In this document: piece after piece, positions 40,153 to 50,032 of the stretch | How the letters are laid out: each line of letters starts with the position of its first letter | Numbering within the stretch: position 1 is the stretch's first letter | From: Candidatus Multivorans sp. | GTDB taxonomy: Bacteria > Acidobacteriota > Thermoanaerobaculia > Multivoradales > Multivoraceae | Reading direction: 5' to 3' | Assembly: GCA_965247095.1 (NCBI GenBank) | Contig: OZ251997.1 | Coordinates: 3,232,001 to 3,296,000, forward strand | DNA: 64,000 nucleotides | Position numbers and translations under genes: made by a program | The notes under the pieces: generated by a model | The model's database searches: none | What the model was told of the DNA's origin: nothing | The model's input: the letters and a program-made list of their open reading frames with translations, nothing else

Positions 40153-40789
40153 GGCTAAGCGGCCGGAGCAAGAGAAGCCGGCGGTGCCGGCTGTCGGGCA
40201 GATTCATCTCTTCTTCCACAGCACACATCTCCGCCAGCCCGGGCGCCAGTTCACGACCAGCCCATACGATCAGGCGTCCCCCACCCGGAAGGGCGTCGAC
40301 CAGACGGGCCAATGTGGCGTCGGGAAGCCGAACGCCGCGCAGCGTGACGCACTCTACCGTCCCGGCGAGCCGCGCCGCCAACGCGGGGCCGACGTGCCGC
40401 TGAACGACCCGTACGCGGGGAAGGTCGAGCTCGCGGGCCGCCTCAGCCAGGAACGCTGCCTTCCGTTCGCGGGCCTCCGCCAGGATCACCGGCCGCTCTG
40501 GATGCAAAGCCGCCAGTACCAGCCCCGGAAAGCCCGCACCGCTGCCGAGGTCGAGAAGGGACGGGCCTTCGCTATCGGTCTCCGCCGGCTTCCAGAACGC
40601 CCTGGCCGCAACCGACTCCGCGTAGTGGCGCCGGATCCAGACCTCTGGACAGTCCTCGCCCACCAGCCGCACCACGCGGTTCCACCGCTCCAGTAGCTCG
40701 GCATGCCGTACCAGCCGATCTACAGCCTCCGGCGACAACTCGTCGCCAAACTCGCGCCGAAACAGATCAGCATGTTTCACGTGAAACAT
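40145..40789 (-). CDS. rsmG: 16S rRNA m7G methyltransferase RsmG/GidB
   Basis: WN...LV, RH..ES and DLGSGAGFPG motifs; position upstream of parA. Confidence 0.9.
   Translation of the reverse strand: MFHVKHADLFRREFGDELSPEAVDRLVRHAELLERWNRVVRLVGEDCPEVWIRRHYAESVAARAFWKPAETDSEGPSLLDLGSGAGFPGLVLAALHPERPVILAEARERKAAFLAEAARELDLPRVRVVQRHVGPALAARLAGTVECVTLRGVRLPDATLARLVDALPGGGRLIVWAGRELAPGLAEMCAVEEEMNLPDSRHRRLLLLRPLSRG
40773..40788. promoter_or_regulatory. parS site 1 (within the first codons of rsmG, MFHVKH)
   Basis: Perfect TGTTTCACGTGAAACA palindrome. Confidence 0.95.
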
Positions 40790-40818
40790 CGCCAAGAGAC
40801 CTGACTCGCCCGCGCCCC

Positions 40819-40834
40819 TGTTTCACGTGAAACA
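40819..40834. promoter_or_regulatory. parS site 2
   Basis: Perfect TGTTTCACGTGAAACA palindrome. Confidence 0.95.
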
Positions 40835-41008
40835 GGCGCTGCCAACGCCGCAATCGAAGCCGCGACCCCTCGACCGTCCATCTCCTGATCTTCGCTGGTC
40901 TCCAACAACAAGGGCACCCTCAACGCACTTCACGTGGAGGGTATCTCTCGTACGCCGGCACCCTCTCCTTCGGTTCCGGGGCAGGCGGGTACCCCCCACG
41001 GAGGCGCG

Positions 41009-41821
41009 CTAGACGCTGCGGATGTTGACGCGCTTGAAGTAGCCGTTGCCGTGGCTCTCGGTCTCGACGTCCGGATCGTCGGCGAGAGTGATGTGGACAA
41101 TTCGCCGGTCGGCCGGGTTCATCGGCCGCAGAGTGCGAATGCCGCCTCGGGAAACCACCTCGTCGGCCACACGACGCGCGAGGCCTCTCAGGCGCTCTTC
41201 CTTCCTCCGTTGATAGCCGCCGCTATCAAGCCGGCACGGCACGATTCGCCCCAGCTCCCCGTACATCACGCGCGGCAGGAGGTGCTGGAGCGCCAGGAGG
41301 ACCTGACCCTCGTCTTCTACCAGGAGCTCCTGGTCCACTCCCTCGATCTCGACTTCCAGCCGGCCGTCGGCGAGAACCATGTCCGCCGAGACCTCGAGGT
41401 CGGCCAGTTCGAGAAGTTGACGAAAGGCCCCTTGAGCAATCTCCACGATCTCTTCGGAGTCCTCGACCGGACGCTCCGCTTCCTCCTGCGTCGCCGAACT
41501 CTCCACCGGCGTCTCCACCGGCATCTCCACCGGCGTCTCCTCCGGAGCGCTCGATACCGCGTCATCGGAAGCGACCGCGTCATCGGAAGCCGAGGGCGAA
41601 AGCCCTTCAGTTTCCTCTTCTACCGGCTGCTCAGAACCGGCGCCGACCTGTTCCGGGTCGACACGGATCACCACCCGACGGCGCTTGACGAAGCCGTGTC
41701 GCTTCTCCACCCGATCAAACACCACCTCATCGGGCGACACCCCGAAGTGGTTTGCGGCCGCCAACACGGCCCGGGCCTCCGTTTCGCCCGAAAAGAACAT
41801 GCTGTTCGTGGTTGCGTTCAT
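41009..41821 (-). CDS. jag: Jag/KhpB (EloR) RNA-binding protein with R3H domain
   Basis: Jag_N-like start and PMNPADRRIVH R3H motif; follows yidC. Confidence 0.88.
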   Translation of the reverse strand: MNATTNSMFFSGETEARAVLAAANHFGVSPDEVVFDRVEKRHGFVKRRRVVIRVDPEQVGAGSEQPVEEETEGLSPSASDDAVASDDAVSSAPEETPVEMPVETPVESSATQEEAERPVEDSEEIVEIAQGAFRQLLELADLEVSADMVLADGRLEVEIEGVDQELLVEDEGQVLLALQHLLPRVMYGELGRIVPCRLDSGGYQRRKEERLRGLARRVADEVVSRGGIRTLRPMNPADRRIVHITLADDPDVETESHGNGYFKRVNIRSV

Positions 41822-41837
41822 CTAGTCCTGTCCTGCC

Positions 41838-43586
41838 TCACTTCTTCGTTTCGGTCGCCTGCGCGGCCACAACGCCGCCCAGGTAGCCTGCCTTCTTCAG
41901 CTTGTTGTAGACCCCGGTCTGCACGATTCCCAGCAGATTGTTCGTCAGCCAGTAGAGGACCAGACCGCTCGGGAAGCTGAACGAGAAGATCGTGAACCAG
42001 ATCGGCATCGTGTTGATGATCAGCTTCTGGGTCTTGTTCGCGGGAGGCGGCAGCATCCGCTGCTGGAGGAACTGCGAGGCGCCCATGACCAAGGGAAGTA
42101 CGTAGATCGGATCCGGCAGCGCCAGGTTCTGGATCCATCCGAGCCACGACGCGTCCCACAGTTCCACCGCCTCGCTCAAGAGCCGGAAGAACCCGAAGAA
42201 CACGGGCATCTGGAACAGGATCGGCAGGCAGCCGCTGGCAGGATTCACGCCCTCCTCACGAAACAGGCCCTGAATCTCCTCGTTCATCTTGCGCTGCATG
42301 TCCATGCGCGGGCGGCCCTTCCCGTCCTTGAGCTTGGGCCGGTACTTCGCGCGGATCGCTTCCATGCGCGGATTCAACTTCTGGATCCGCAGCATCGACA
42401 CCTGACTCTTATGGGTCAGCGGGAACAGCACCAGGCGGATGACCACGGTCATCAACACGATGCTCCACCCGTAGTTCGCGACCACGTTCTCGTAAATCCA
42501 GCGTAAACCGAATTGCAACGGGCGCGAGATGACGCCGAAGAAGCCGTACCGCACGGTCTTCTCCAGTCGCACACCCATCGCCGCCAGCGCGTCGTACTGC
42601 TTGTCCCCGAAGTACGCCCGTCCGGCGAGTTCGCCGCCCGAGGAGCGCAGAACCAGCATGAAGTCCCGCGTGAGGTCCGCCGTGGCGGGGTCCGCGGCCT
42701 CGAACATGGCGAAGCCGCCCAGGCTGCCGTCGGTCTCCTCCAGGTTGGCAACCGGCCGCGCCTGAACTGTTCCCCGGCCTCCGGCCGGGACCACCGCCGT
42801 GATGAAGTACCGGTCCTCAAGCGCCACCCAGCGGGGGCTGCCGCTCAGATCGAGAGGATCTTCGGCCTTCCGAGGCTCCAGCGACTCCAAGTCGCCATCC
42901 GAGAACCAGGTCGCCGCGCGTCGCTGCTGGCTCGACAACCGGCTCTCCAACTCATCCACGCTCGGATTCCGGATTCCCGGGCCCAACACCAGCCCCCAGG
43001 AGTCGCCTGGCGACTCGATCCGGTACTGGAAGGTCAGACCACCCACCTGGCGGGTGGCGTTCGGAATGTGAAACGTCTTCGTCGCAACGCCCAGGTCACC
43101 GCTGTAGCGGAAGCTGAGCCGCGTGTCGCCCTCTTCGGTCGAGCGTTCGACAACGAACAGAGCGTCGTTGAGCGCCGAACCGCGCTGTGAGCCCTGGAAC
43201 GCGAAGGGGTGGGGCTGGCCGGCCTCGCGCCTGCGCACCAGCTCCACCGGCTCGCCGCCGTTCGGTCGGCGCAGTTCGAAGGACAGCAACTGGGCGCCGC
43301 GGTTCGTGAACTCGAGCGTCGCATTGCCCGACTCGATCACCACCCGCTGCTCAGCGACAGCCTCGGCCCGTTCCACGACCGCGGGCGGCGCCGGCGCCGT
43401 CTGCCCACTCGAAACCGGGACCGCGGAACTCTGTTCGCCGATGGCCCGGCCGTCCGCCGCCTGTTCGGCGCCTCTGATTTCGACCGGCGCCCGCTCGACT
43501 GGCGGTGGTGGCGCGAAGAGAACCTGCCAGAGGAGTAGAACACCCAGGGAAAGGAGCGCAGCGAAAAGAAGTCTTCGGTTATCCAT
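41838..43586 (-). CDS. yidC: Membrane protein insertase YidC
   Basis: NYGWSIV..T..IR...FPL, GCLP...QMP, WI.NL..PDP and PSGLVLYW..NN motifs. Confidence 0.95.
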   Translation of the reverse strand: MDNRRLLFAALLSLGVLLLWQVLFAPPPPVERAPVEIRGAEQAADGRAIGEQSSAVPVSSGQTAPAPPAVVERAEAVAEQRVVIESGNATLEFTNRGAQLLSFELRRPNGGEPVELVRRREAGQPHPFAFQGSQRGSALNDALFVVERSTEEGDTRLSFRYSGDLGVATKTFHIPNATRQVGGLTFQYRIESPGDSWGLVLGPGIRNPSVDELESRLSSQQRRAATWFSDGDLESLEPRKAEDPLDLSGSPRWVALEDRYFITAVVPAGGRGTVQARPVANLEETDGSLGGFAMFEAADPATADLTRDFMLVLRSSGGELAGRAYFGDKQYDALAAMGVRLEKTVRYGFFGVISRPLQFGLRWIYENVVANYGWSIVLMTVVIRLVLFPLTHKSQVSMLRIQKLNPRMEAIRAKYRPKLKDGKGRPRMDMQRKMNEEIQGLFREEGVNPASGCLPILFQMPVFFGFFRLLSEAVELWDASWLGWIQNLALPDPIYVLPLVMGASQFLQQRMLPPPANKTQKLIINTMPIWFTIFSFSFPSGLVLYWLTNNLLGIVQTGVYNKLKKAGYLGGVVAAQATETKK

Positions 43587-43851
43587 CAGCCTCGGCTCTC
43601 ATGCCCCTAGCGGGGCCTCGCAATCGCAACGCCTGCGGCGGCAAGTCGATGCCTCCGCGACCCAGAGGCTGGCAGCGGAGAAGGCGCCGAACCGTCAGCC
43701 AACTCCCCATCATCAGGCCATGGCTCCGCAAAGCGATCTGCCCGTACTCGGAGCAGGTCGGGCTGAAGCGGCAAGCACGCGGCAGCAGCGGCGACAACCA
43801 ACGTTTGTACGCCCGTAGCAGCGCAACGGCGACGCGGACCGGAATGTTCAT
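43579..43851 (-). CDS. yidD: Membrane protein insertion efficiency factor YidD
   Basis: YKRWLSPLL..ACRFSPTCSEY...RLLRCQP...GG.D. Confidence 0.93.
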   Translation of the reverse strand: MNIPVRVAVALLRAYKRWLSPLLPRACRFSPTCSEYGQIALRSHGLMMGSWLTVRRLLRCQPLGRGGIDLPPQALRLRGPARGMRAEADG

Positions 43852-44258
43852 GGCCGCGACCTTCGGCGCCGGGAGCGACCGGCGCCGAACCGGGCTACCG
43901 CCGCAAACAGGCGATTCAACTCGCTGTAGAAGCTGCGCCGGTCCATCTCGGCCGCGGCGGTCTTCAGATGGACCACCACATCCACCGCGGGCAGCATGTC
44001 CTGCTTGACCTGCTGGCGGTAGTGCTCACGCACCCGCCGGCGCAGCCGGTTGCGCACCACGGCGCCGCCCACCCGCCGACTGGCGGTGAGCCCGAGCCGC
44101 GGGTGCCCGGCGTCATTCGCCCGCACGTGGAACACCGCGATGTCGCCGTGCAGACGCCGGCCCCGGCGGTAGACCCCGCGATAGTCGCGGCTCGACCGGA
44201 TCCGCTCTGCCCCCGGTGCGACACCGGTGTTGCACCGCGGGCTGCTCGATTGACTCAA
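43848..44258 (-). CDS. rnpA: Ribonuclease P protein component
   Basis: RLGLTASRRVGGAVVRNRLRRRVRE RNR motif. Start uncertain. Confidence 0.92.
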   Translation of the reverse strand: MSQSSSPRCNTGVAPGAERIRSSRDYRGVYRRGRRLHGDIAVFHVRANDAGHPRLGLTASRRVGGAVVRNRLRRRVREHYRQQVKQDMLPAVDVVVHLKTAAAEMDRRSFYSELNRLFAAVARFGAGRSRRRRSRP

Positions 44259-44260
44259 CG

Positions 44261-44395
44261 TCAGACCGTCAGGCGCTTGCGGCCCTTGCGGCGGCGGCGC
44301 GAGAGAATCGCCCGCCCGTGCCTCGTCCGCATGCGGGAGCGAAAGCCATGCTTCTTCTTGCGACGCCGATTGTTCGGCTGGTATGTCCTCTTCAC
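44261..44395 (-). CDS. rpmH: 50S ribosomal protein L34
   Basis: Manual translation [44 protein letters not shown]. Confidence 0.97.
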   Translation of the reverse strand: MKRTYQPNNRRRKKKHGFRSRMRTRHGRAILSRRRRKGRKRLTV

Positions 44396-44419
44396 GTTCT
44401 TTCCTTCCTACGGCGTTCT

Positions 44420-44943
44420 TGGCGGAGAGGGTGGGATTCGAACCCACGGACCGCTCGCACGGTCACAGGGATTCTCGGGAGACCGCCCGGCGGGCTCGTC
44501 CGAAGCATGGCGGAGAGGGTGGGATTCGAACCCACGGACCGCTCGCACGGTCACAGGGATTCTCGGGAGACCGCCCGGCGGGCTCGTCCGAAGTATGGCG
44601 GAGAGGGTGGGATTCGAACCCACGGACCGCTCGCACGGTCCAAGGATTCTCGGGAGACCGCCCGGCGGGCTCGTCCGAAGTGTGGCGGAGAGGGTGGGAT
44701 TCGAACCCACGGACCGCTCGCACGGTCCAAGGATTCTCGGGAGACCGCCCGGCGGGCTCGTCCGAAGTGTGGCGGAGAGGGTGGGATTCGAACCCACGGA
44801 CCGCTCGCACGGTCCAAGGATTCTCGGGAGACCGCCCGGCGGGCTCGTCCGAAGTGTGGCGGAGAGGGTGGGATTCGAACCCACGGACCGCTCGCACGGT
44901 CCAAGGATTCTCGGGAGACCGCCCGGCGGGCTCGTCCGAAGTG
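44420..44943 (-). repeat. Six tandem 87-88 nt tRNA-Ser-derived units
   Basis: Units start at 44420, 44508, 44596, 44683, 44770 and 44857. Each has the terminal 45 nt of the adjacent tRNA-Ser(CGA) plus a nearly constant 42-43 nt segment. Confidence 0.97.
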
Positions 44944-45033
44944 TGGCGGAGAGGGTGGGATTCGAACCCACGGACCGCTCGCACGGTCAACGGTTTTCGA
45001 GACCGCCCCATTCGACCACTCTGGCACCTCTCC
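44944..45033 (-). tRNA. tRNA-Ser(CGA)
   Basis: GGAGAGG...CCTCTCC-GCCA acceptor, anticodon arm GCGGT-CTCGAAA-ACCGT, long variable arm. Confidence 0.95.
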
Positions 45034-45079
45034 TCGTTCGTCGGCCACTCGGCGCGTTTCGTCTTCTCCTGCCCCAGAA

Positions 45080-45169
<90 letters not shown>

Positions 45170-45170
45170 C

Positions 45171-45644
45171 TTAATCGAAAAGCCCGCTCGACCGTAGACG
45201 CCGGAAGAACGCGCGCAACAATGCTGAACTCTCCTCCGCCAGGACGCCGGAGCATACCGTGATTTGGTGATTCAGTCTCGGTTCGCGGACGAGGTTCCCG
45301 ATCGAGCCGCAATAGCCGCCCTTCGGATCCCGCGCCCCGAACACGAGCCGGTCCACGCGGGCGTTGACCATCGCGCCGGCGCACATGGCGCAAGGCTCGA
45401 GGGTGACGTAGACAGCGCAACCCTCCAGTCGCCAGCCCTGCTGTCGGGCGGCGGCCTGAGCTAGCGCGATCATCTCGGCATGCGCCATCGGGTCGCCCCA
45501 GGACTCCCTGCGGTTGTGCCCACGACCGACCACCTCCCCGTCGCGCACAACCACCGCGCCCACCGGAACCTCTCCGGCGGCAGCCGCGAGGCGGGCCTCG
45601 TTAAGAGCCAACCCCATGGCGGTGCGATCGTCCCCTGCGTCCAC
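45171..45644 (-). CDS. tadA: tRNA adenosine(34) deaminase TadA
   Basis: GEVPVGAV, AHAEM, VTLEPCAMCAGA and FFR.LR motifs. Start approximate. Confidence 0.93.
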   Translation of the reverse strand: MDAGDDRTAMGLALNEARLAAAAGEVPVGAVVVRDGEVVGRGHNRRESWGDPMAHAEMIALAQAAARQQGWRLEGCAVYVTLEPCAMCAGAMVNARVDRLVFGARDPKGGYCGSIGNLVREPRLNHQITVCSGVLAEESSALLRAFFRRLRSSGLFD

Positions 45645-45754
45645 TTGGCGAGCTACCGTAGCAGCACCCACTCCCGCCTCGCACCGCGCAGACGAGTCAC
45701 GGCGGGCTGCTACCATCCGGCACGATCCTCGTCTCCACGCACGGGTGCGGGATC

Positions 45755-45884
45755 GAGAGGTCACCGAAGGGTTCGGGCCCTGTGTATCGACCGGCTCCGA
45801 ACCTCGTCAGGCCCGGAAGGGAGCAGCGATAGGGTGTTCGTTTCGAGGGCGCAGTTCAGCCGGAACCCTTCAGTGACTTCTCTC
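45755..45884 (+). ncRNA. ffs: Signal recognition particle RNA (4.5S)
   Basis: Helix 8 core TCAGGCCCGGAAGGGAGCAGC within the long stem GTCACCGAAGGGTTC / GAACCCTTCAGTGAC; upstream of dnaX. Ends approximate. Confidence 0.9.
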
Positions 45885-45921
45885 TGCAGCGTCACTCTTA
45901 CCATGGGCTGCTAGCCAGGCC

Positions 45922-47619
45922 ATGGCGTACCAGGCGCTGGCGCGCAAGTGGCGCCCCCAGACCTTCGCCGATCTGGTCGGCCAGGAGGCGATCGTGACCG
46001 CGCTGGGCAACGCGCTGCGCGAGGGGCGGATCGCCCAGGCCTACCTGTTCTCGGGCATCCGCGGCGTCGGCAAGACCACCGCGGCCCGGGTGCTCGCCAA
46101 GGCCCTGAACTGCGTCGGCGCCGACGGTTCCGCCACCGCCCCGGCCGCCGAGCCGTGCAATGAATGCCCGGTCTGCCTCGAGATCATGCAGGCCGGCGAC
46201 CTCGACGTACTCGAGATCGACGCCGCCACCTACTCCAAGGTCGAACAGGTCCGCGACCTCACCGAAAGCCTGAAGTACGGCCCCGCGCGGGACCGCTACA
46301 AGGTGGTGGTCCTCGACGAGATCCACCGCCTGTCCAGACAAGCCTTCGACGCTCTGCTCAAGATCGTCGAGGAACCGCCCGCGCATCTCACCTTCGTCTT
46401 CGCGACCACCGAAATCGAGATGGTGCCTGCGACGATCCTGTCCCGCTGCCAGGAGTTCCACTTCCGGCGCGTACCCGCCAACCCGATGGTGGCCCACCTG
46501 ACGAGAATCTGCGAAGCGGAGGAGATCGAGGCCAGCCGGGCGACCCTGCGCCTGATCGCCCGCGCCTCGGAGGGAAGTGTTCGCGACGCGGTGGCTCTCC
46601 TCGATCAGCTCGCCACCTTCGGCGGCGGCAAGCTCGCCGACGAGGATGTCGGCCGGCTGCTGGGCGGCATCGACGCCGAGCTGCTCTCCACCCTCCTCAA
46701 GGCCATCCTGGCCGGCGACGGCCGGCGGCTGTCGCAGACGATCCGGTCGATCGAGGACGGCGGCAGCGACCCCCGGCAGGTATTCACCCACTTCCTCGGT
46801 TTCCTGCGCAGCGCCCTGCACCTGGCGCAGGGTCTCGACCCCGAACAACTCGACCTGCCCGCCGAAGCCGCGACGGAACTGGAGCGGGTCGCGTCGGGCG
46901 CGGGTTACGAGAACCTGCTCCGGCTGTTGCATCTGTTGCTCAGCAGCGAGACCGTCGTGCGGCGCGCCGACGCCCCCGGTCTGGCTCTGGAGGTCGCCCT
47001 GCTCCGCGCAGCCGAGCTGCCGCGGCTGGTGCGCATCGAGCAACTTGGGGCCACTCTGCCGGGCGGTCTTCCTGCTACCGCGGAATCGACTCCGCAACCT
47101 GCCGCCCCCGGCGGCAGACCACCAAGCGCGGCCACGGTGGCCGTTCCCGCTGCCGCCCCGGACGCCGCCGGCGAGATCAAACGACTCCTCGCCTCCAGCC
47201 AGCCGTCCCTGGCCGGCCTGCTCGACTTTCACCAGGCCCGGTTCGCGGTTCAGGGCAGCACGCTCGTCGTCACGGCCGTTCCGGCGCTCGAGGAAGCGCT
47301 CCGCGATGGGGCGAAAGCGGGCCAACTGAGGGACACCGTGCGCGCGGTGCTGGGCCCCGAGGCCGATTGGAAGACGACCCCCGCCGCCCTCCAGGCACGC
47401 GAAGACCACCCCGCCCCGGCGGTCAGCGGTGCACCGGCCGGCGCCCCGGCGCCGGACCGGGAAGCGGCGCCCGGCAGCCGGCCCGGGCGACCGGCTGCCC
47501 GCCGCACCCCGCCGCCGAGCGAAGAAGCACGCACCGCCGCCGAGCAGGATCCGACCGTGCGCGCGGTGCTCGATATCTTCGGCGGCCCCGTGGTCGACGT
47601 AAGACCCCGAACCCACTGA
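45922..47619 (+). CDS. dnaX: DNA polymerase III subunit gamma/tau
   Basis: YQALARKWRPQTF, G.RGVGKTT, DEIH, TILSRC and GSVRD motifs. Confidence 0.96.
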   Translation: MAYQALARKWRPQTFADLVGQEAIVTALGNALREGRIAQAYLFSGIRGVGKTTAARVLAKALNCVGADGSATAPAAEPCNECPVCLEIMQAGDLDVLEIDAATYSKVEQVRDLTESLKYGPARDRYKVVVLDEIHRLSRQAFDALLKIVEEPPAHLTFVFATTEIEMVPATILSRCQEFHFRRVPANPMVAHLTRICEAEEIEASRATLRLIARASEGSVRDAVALLDQLATFGGGKLADEDVGRLLGGIDAELLSTLLKAILAGDGRRLSQTIRSIEDGGSDPRQVFTHFLGFLRSALHLAQGLDPEQLDLPAEAATELERVASGAGYENLLRLLHLLLSSETVVRRADAPGLALEVALLRAAELPRLVRIEQLGATLPGGLPATAESTPQPAAPGGRPPSAATVAVPAAAPDAAGEIKRLLASSQPSLAGLLDFHQARFAVQGSTLVVTAVPALEEALRDGAKAGQLRDTVRAVLGPEADWKTTPAALQAREDHPAPAVSGAPAGAPAPDREAAPGSRPGRPAARRTPPPSEEARTAAEQDPTVRAVLDIFGGPVVDVRPRTH

Positions 47620-47657
47620 CTGCTCTCGAGCTCAACACCCCGACAGGAACCACCACG

Positions 47658-47951
47658 ATGAACATCCAGAAGCTGATGCGCCAGGCCCAGGAGATGCAGC
47701 AGCAAATGCAGCGTGATCTGGCGGCGGCCGAGTTCACCGCCAGTGTCGGCGGCGGCATGGTCGAAGTGCGCGTGAACGGCGAAAAGGAGGTCCTCGCCGT
47801 CCGCGTCGATCCCGAAGTGCTCGACCCTGAGGATCCGGGCATGATCCAGGACCTGGTGCAGGCCGCCGTGAACGAAGCCGGACGCAAGGTGAACGAGTAC
47901 GTGGGGCAACGCCTTGGCGGCATGGCTGCCGGGATTCCCGGTCTGACCTGA
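47658..47951 (+). CDS. ybaB: YbaB/EbfC nucleoid-associated protein
   Basis: MNIQKLMRQAQEMQ...SVGGGMVEV..NG..DLV.AAVNEA; between dnaX and recR. Confidence 0.93.
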   Translation: MNIQKLMRQAQEMQQQMQRDLAAAEFTASVGGGMVEVRVNGEKEVLAVRVDPEVLDPEDPGMIQDLVQAAVNEAGRKVNEYVGQRLGGMAAGIPGLT

Positions 47952-48538
47952 TGCCGGCCGATCCTCTTTCCAGCCTGGTAGAGGAACTCGCGCGCCTGCC
48001 TGGCATCGGCCCCAAGACGGCCCGGCGACTGGCCCACCACCTGCTCCGCGTCGACCGCGCCCGGGCGGAAGCGCTGGCCAAGGCGGTCATCGACGTCAAG
48101 GATCGGATGATGCACTGCTCCACCTGTCATCAGATCACCGCGGTGGACCCCTGTTCGGTCTGCAGCGACCCGCATCGCGACCAGACCAAGCTCTGCGTCG
48201 TTGAGGAGCCGTTCAACATCGAGCCGATCGAGCGCACGGGTGAGTTCCACGGCCTCTACCACGCCCTGCTGGGTTCCCTCTCGCCCCAGCGTGGCGTGGG
48301 GCCCGACGAACTGACCGTCGCCTCCCTGCTGGGGCGGCTCGACGGCATCGAGGAGGCGATTCTGGCCATGAACCCGAACGTGGAGGGCGAAGCCACCGCT
48401 CTGTACCTCGCCGGCCTTCTGGGCAAGCGCGGGGTGCGGGTTACGCGGCTGGCGTTCGGTCTGCCCGTCGGCGGCGACATCGACTACGCCGACCAGGTGA
48501 CCCTGGCGCGGTCACTCGCCGGCCGCCGCGACCTATAG
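47951..48538 (+). CDS. recR: Recombination mediator RecR
   Basis: LPGIGPKTA.RLA, C4 zinc finger, NPNVEGEATA and GLPVGGDIDYAD motifs. Confidence 0.96.
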   Translation: MPADPLSSLVEELARLPGIGPKTARRLAHHLLRVDRARAEALAKAVIDVKDRMMHCSTCHQITAVDPCSVCSDPHRDQTKLCVVEEPFNIEPIERTGEFHGLYHALLGSLSPQRGVGPDELTVASLLGRLDGIEEAILAMNPNVEGEATALYLAGLLGKRGVRVTRLAFGLPVGGDIDYADQVTLARSLAGRRDL

Positions 48539-48554
48539 CAGCTATAGCAGCTAG

Positions 48555-48622
48555 CCCGCCAGTCCGTGGGCCTGAGGGGAGGGTCCCTCTGGCCCACGGA
48601 CTGGCTGGAGGGCGGTGCGCTG
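48555..48622 (+). repeat. Hairpin-plus-tail dispersed element, copy 1 (inverted homolog at 52092-52149)
   Basis: 15-bp perfect stem (48558-48572 / 48591-48605) running into CTGGCTGGAGGGCGGTGCGCTG. Confidence 0.8.
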
Positions 48623-48703
48623 AGTGTAGGCCCTGAACAGAGCGGTGCCTCAGGATTCAGGTGAGGCAAACCGGGGAGAGGGCGCTAGCCTCTAGCGGTC
48701 GGC

Positions 48704-50032
48704 ATGGCTTCCCTTCCTTCCCACCGACTCGACAGCGGCGATCAACTGCCGGAAATCCGAACGCCGCCTCCGGGGCCACGCGTGCGGACGGCAGCCGGGC
48801 GGCTCGACGCGGCCGAGGCGCCGGGAATCAACACCCTGGTCGCCGGAAGCACCTCGATGCTGTGGGAAGAGGCTCTCGGCAGCAATGTGCTCGACATCGA
48901 CGGCAATCGCTACCTCGACCTGACGGCCGGCTTCGGAGTTGCAGCGGTGGGCCACCGGCATCCTGCCGTGGTTTCGGCGGTGAAGGGGCAGGCGGATCGC
49001 CTCCTTCACGGACTGGGCGACGTCTATGCTCATCCGGCCCGCGTCGATCTGAGCGAGCGTCTCGGTCATCTGGCGCCGCTTCGAGAGCCGCAGGTCTACT
49101 TTGCCGCCTCGGGAGCCGACGCGGTGGAGATCGCGCTGAAGACCGGCCGCCTCTACAGCGGCCGCCCCGAAATCCTCGCCTTCGCTCCTGCGTACCATGG
49201 CACGACCTTGGGAGCGCTCCAGGGGACTTCGAGGCCGGCCTTTCGGACTCCCTTCACCGAGCCGCTGGACAACCTGGTTCACCGTCTGCCCCACGGGTGT
49301 GAGCTTGAAGAAGTGCGGCGCGTGCTGGACCGGCAGCCGGCGATCGGAACCTGTCTCGTCGAACCGGTGATCGGGCGCGAGGCTACGCGGTGGCCGCCTC
49401 GCGGCTGGCTGGCGGGATTGGCCGCGGCGTGCCGCGAGCACAACGTGGTCCTGGCGGTCGACGAGATCTTCACCGCGTTCGGCCGCTGCGGAGCCTGGTT
49501 CGTGAGCGCTCAGGACGGTATCGAGCCCGATCTCATCTGCTGCGGCAAGGCCCTCGGCGGCGGCCTCCCGATCGCAGCCGTGCTCGGTCAGAAGCAGGTG
49601 ATGGCCTCCTGGCAGACGGATGGCGAGGCGCGCCACACCGCGACCTTCGTCGCGCATCCGCTCGCCTGCGCCGCGGCTCTGGCGACGCTCGAAGTGATCG
49701 AGAGCGAGGGCCTGATCGAGCGGTCGCGGAAGATGGGCCGCCACTTCGGCCCTCGCCTCGAGTTGCTCGAGAAGCAACCAGGCGTCGTCGATGTCCGCGG
49801 CACGGCGCTGCTGTGGGGCGTGGAACTCGATACGCCGGAACGCGCGGCGGGCCTCAGTCGGCAGCTCTTGGATCGCGGTGTGATCGCCCTGAAGGGGGGC
49901 GCCTCCGGCACGGTGCTGCAGATCGCGCCGCCGTTGGTGATCACCAAGCGCCAGTTGGACTACGCGGCAGACTCCCTGGTCCAGGTCGCGTCCAGAATGG
50001 GTTCAGGGTTCCAACGCTCGCCTACCAGCTAG
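48704..50032 (+). CDS. Class III PLP aminotransferase (GabT/ArgD-like)
   Basis: D.DGNRYLD..AGFGV..VGH.HP, SGADAVE.ALK, DEIFT.FGR.G and GKALGGG.P motifs. Confidence 0.88.
   Translation: MASLPSHRLDSGDQLPEIRTPPPGPRVRTAAGRLDAAEAPGINTLVAGSTSMLWEEALGSNVLDIDGNRYLDLTAGFGVAAVGHRHPAVVSAVKGQADRLLHGLGDVYAHPARVDLSERLGHLAPLREPQVYFAASGADAVEIALKTGRLYSGRPEILAFAPAYHGTTLGALQGTSRPAFRTPFTEPLDNLVHRLPHGCELEEVRRVLDRQPAIGTCLVEPVIGREATRWPPRGWLAGLAAACREHNVVLAVDEIFTAFGRCGAWFVSAQDGIEPDLICCGKALGGGLPIAAVLGQKQVMASWQTDGEARHTATFVAHPLACAAALATLEVIESEGLIERSRKMGRHFGPRLELLEKQPGVVDVRGTALLWGVELDTPERAAGLSRQLLDRGVIALKGGASGTVLQIAPPLVITKRQLDYAADSLVQVASRMGSGFQRSPTS

Noticed and set aside
40773-40789. parS inside the rsmG coding start as a novelty
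   Set aside because: MFHVKH-encoding parS sites near gidB/parA are well known.
41500-41595. Short tandem repeats in jag (ASDDAV x2; PVE x3)
   Set aside because: Ordinary low-complexity linker slippage.
44420-44943. CRISPR array
   Set aside because: The 'spacers' are nearly identical, the repeat is a tRNA 3' half, and there are no cas genes in the window.
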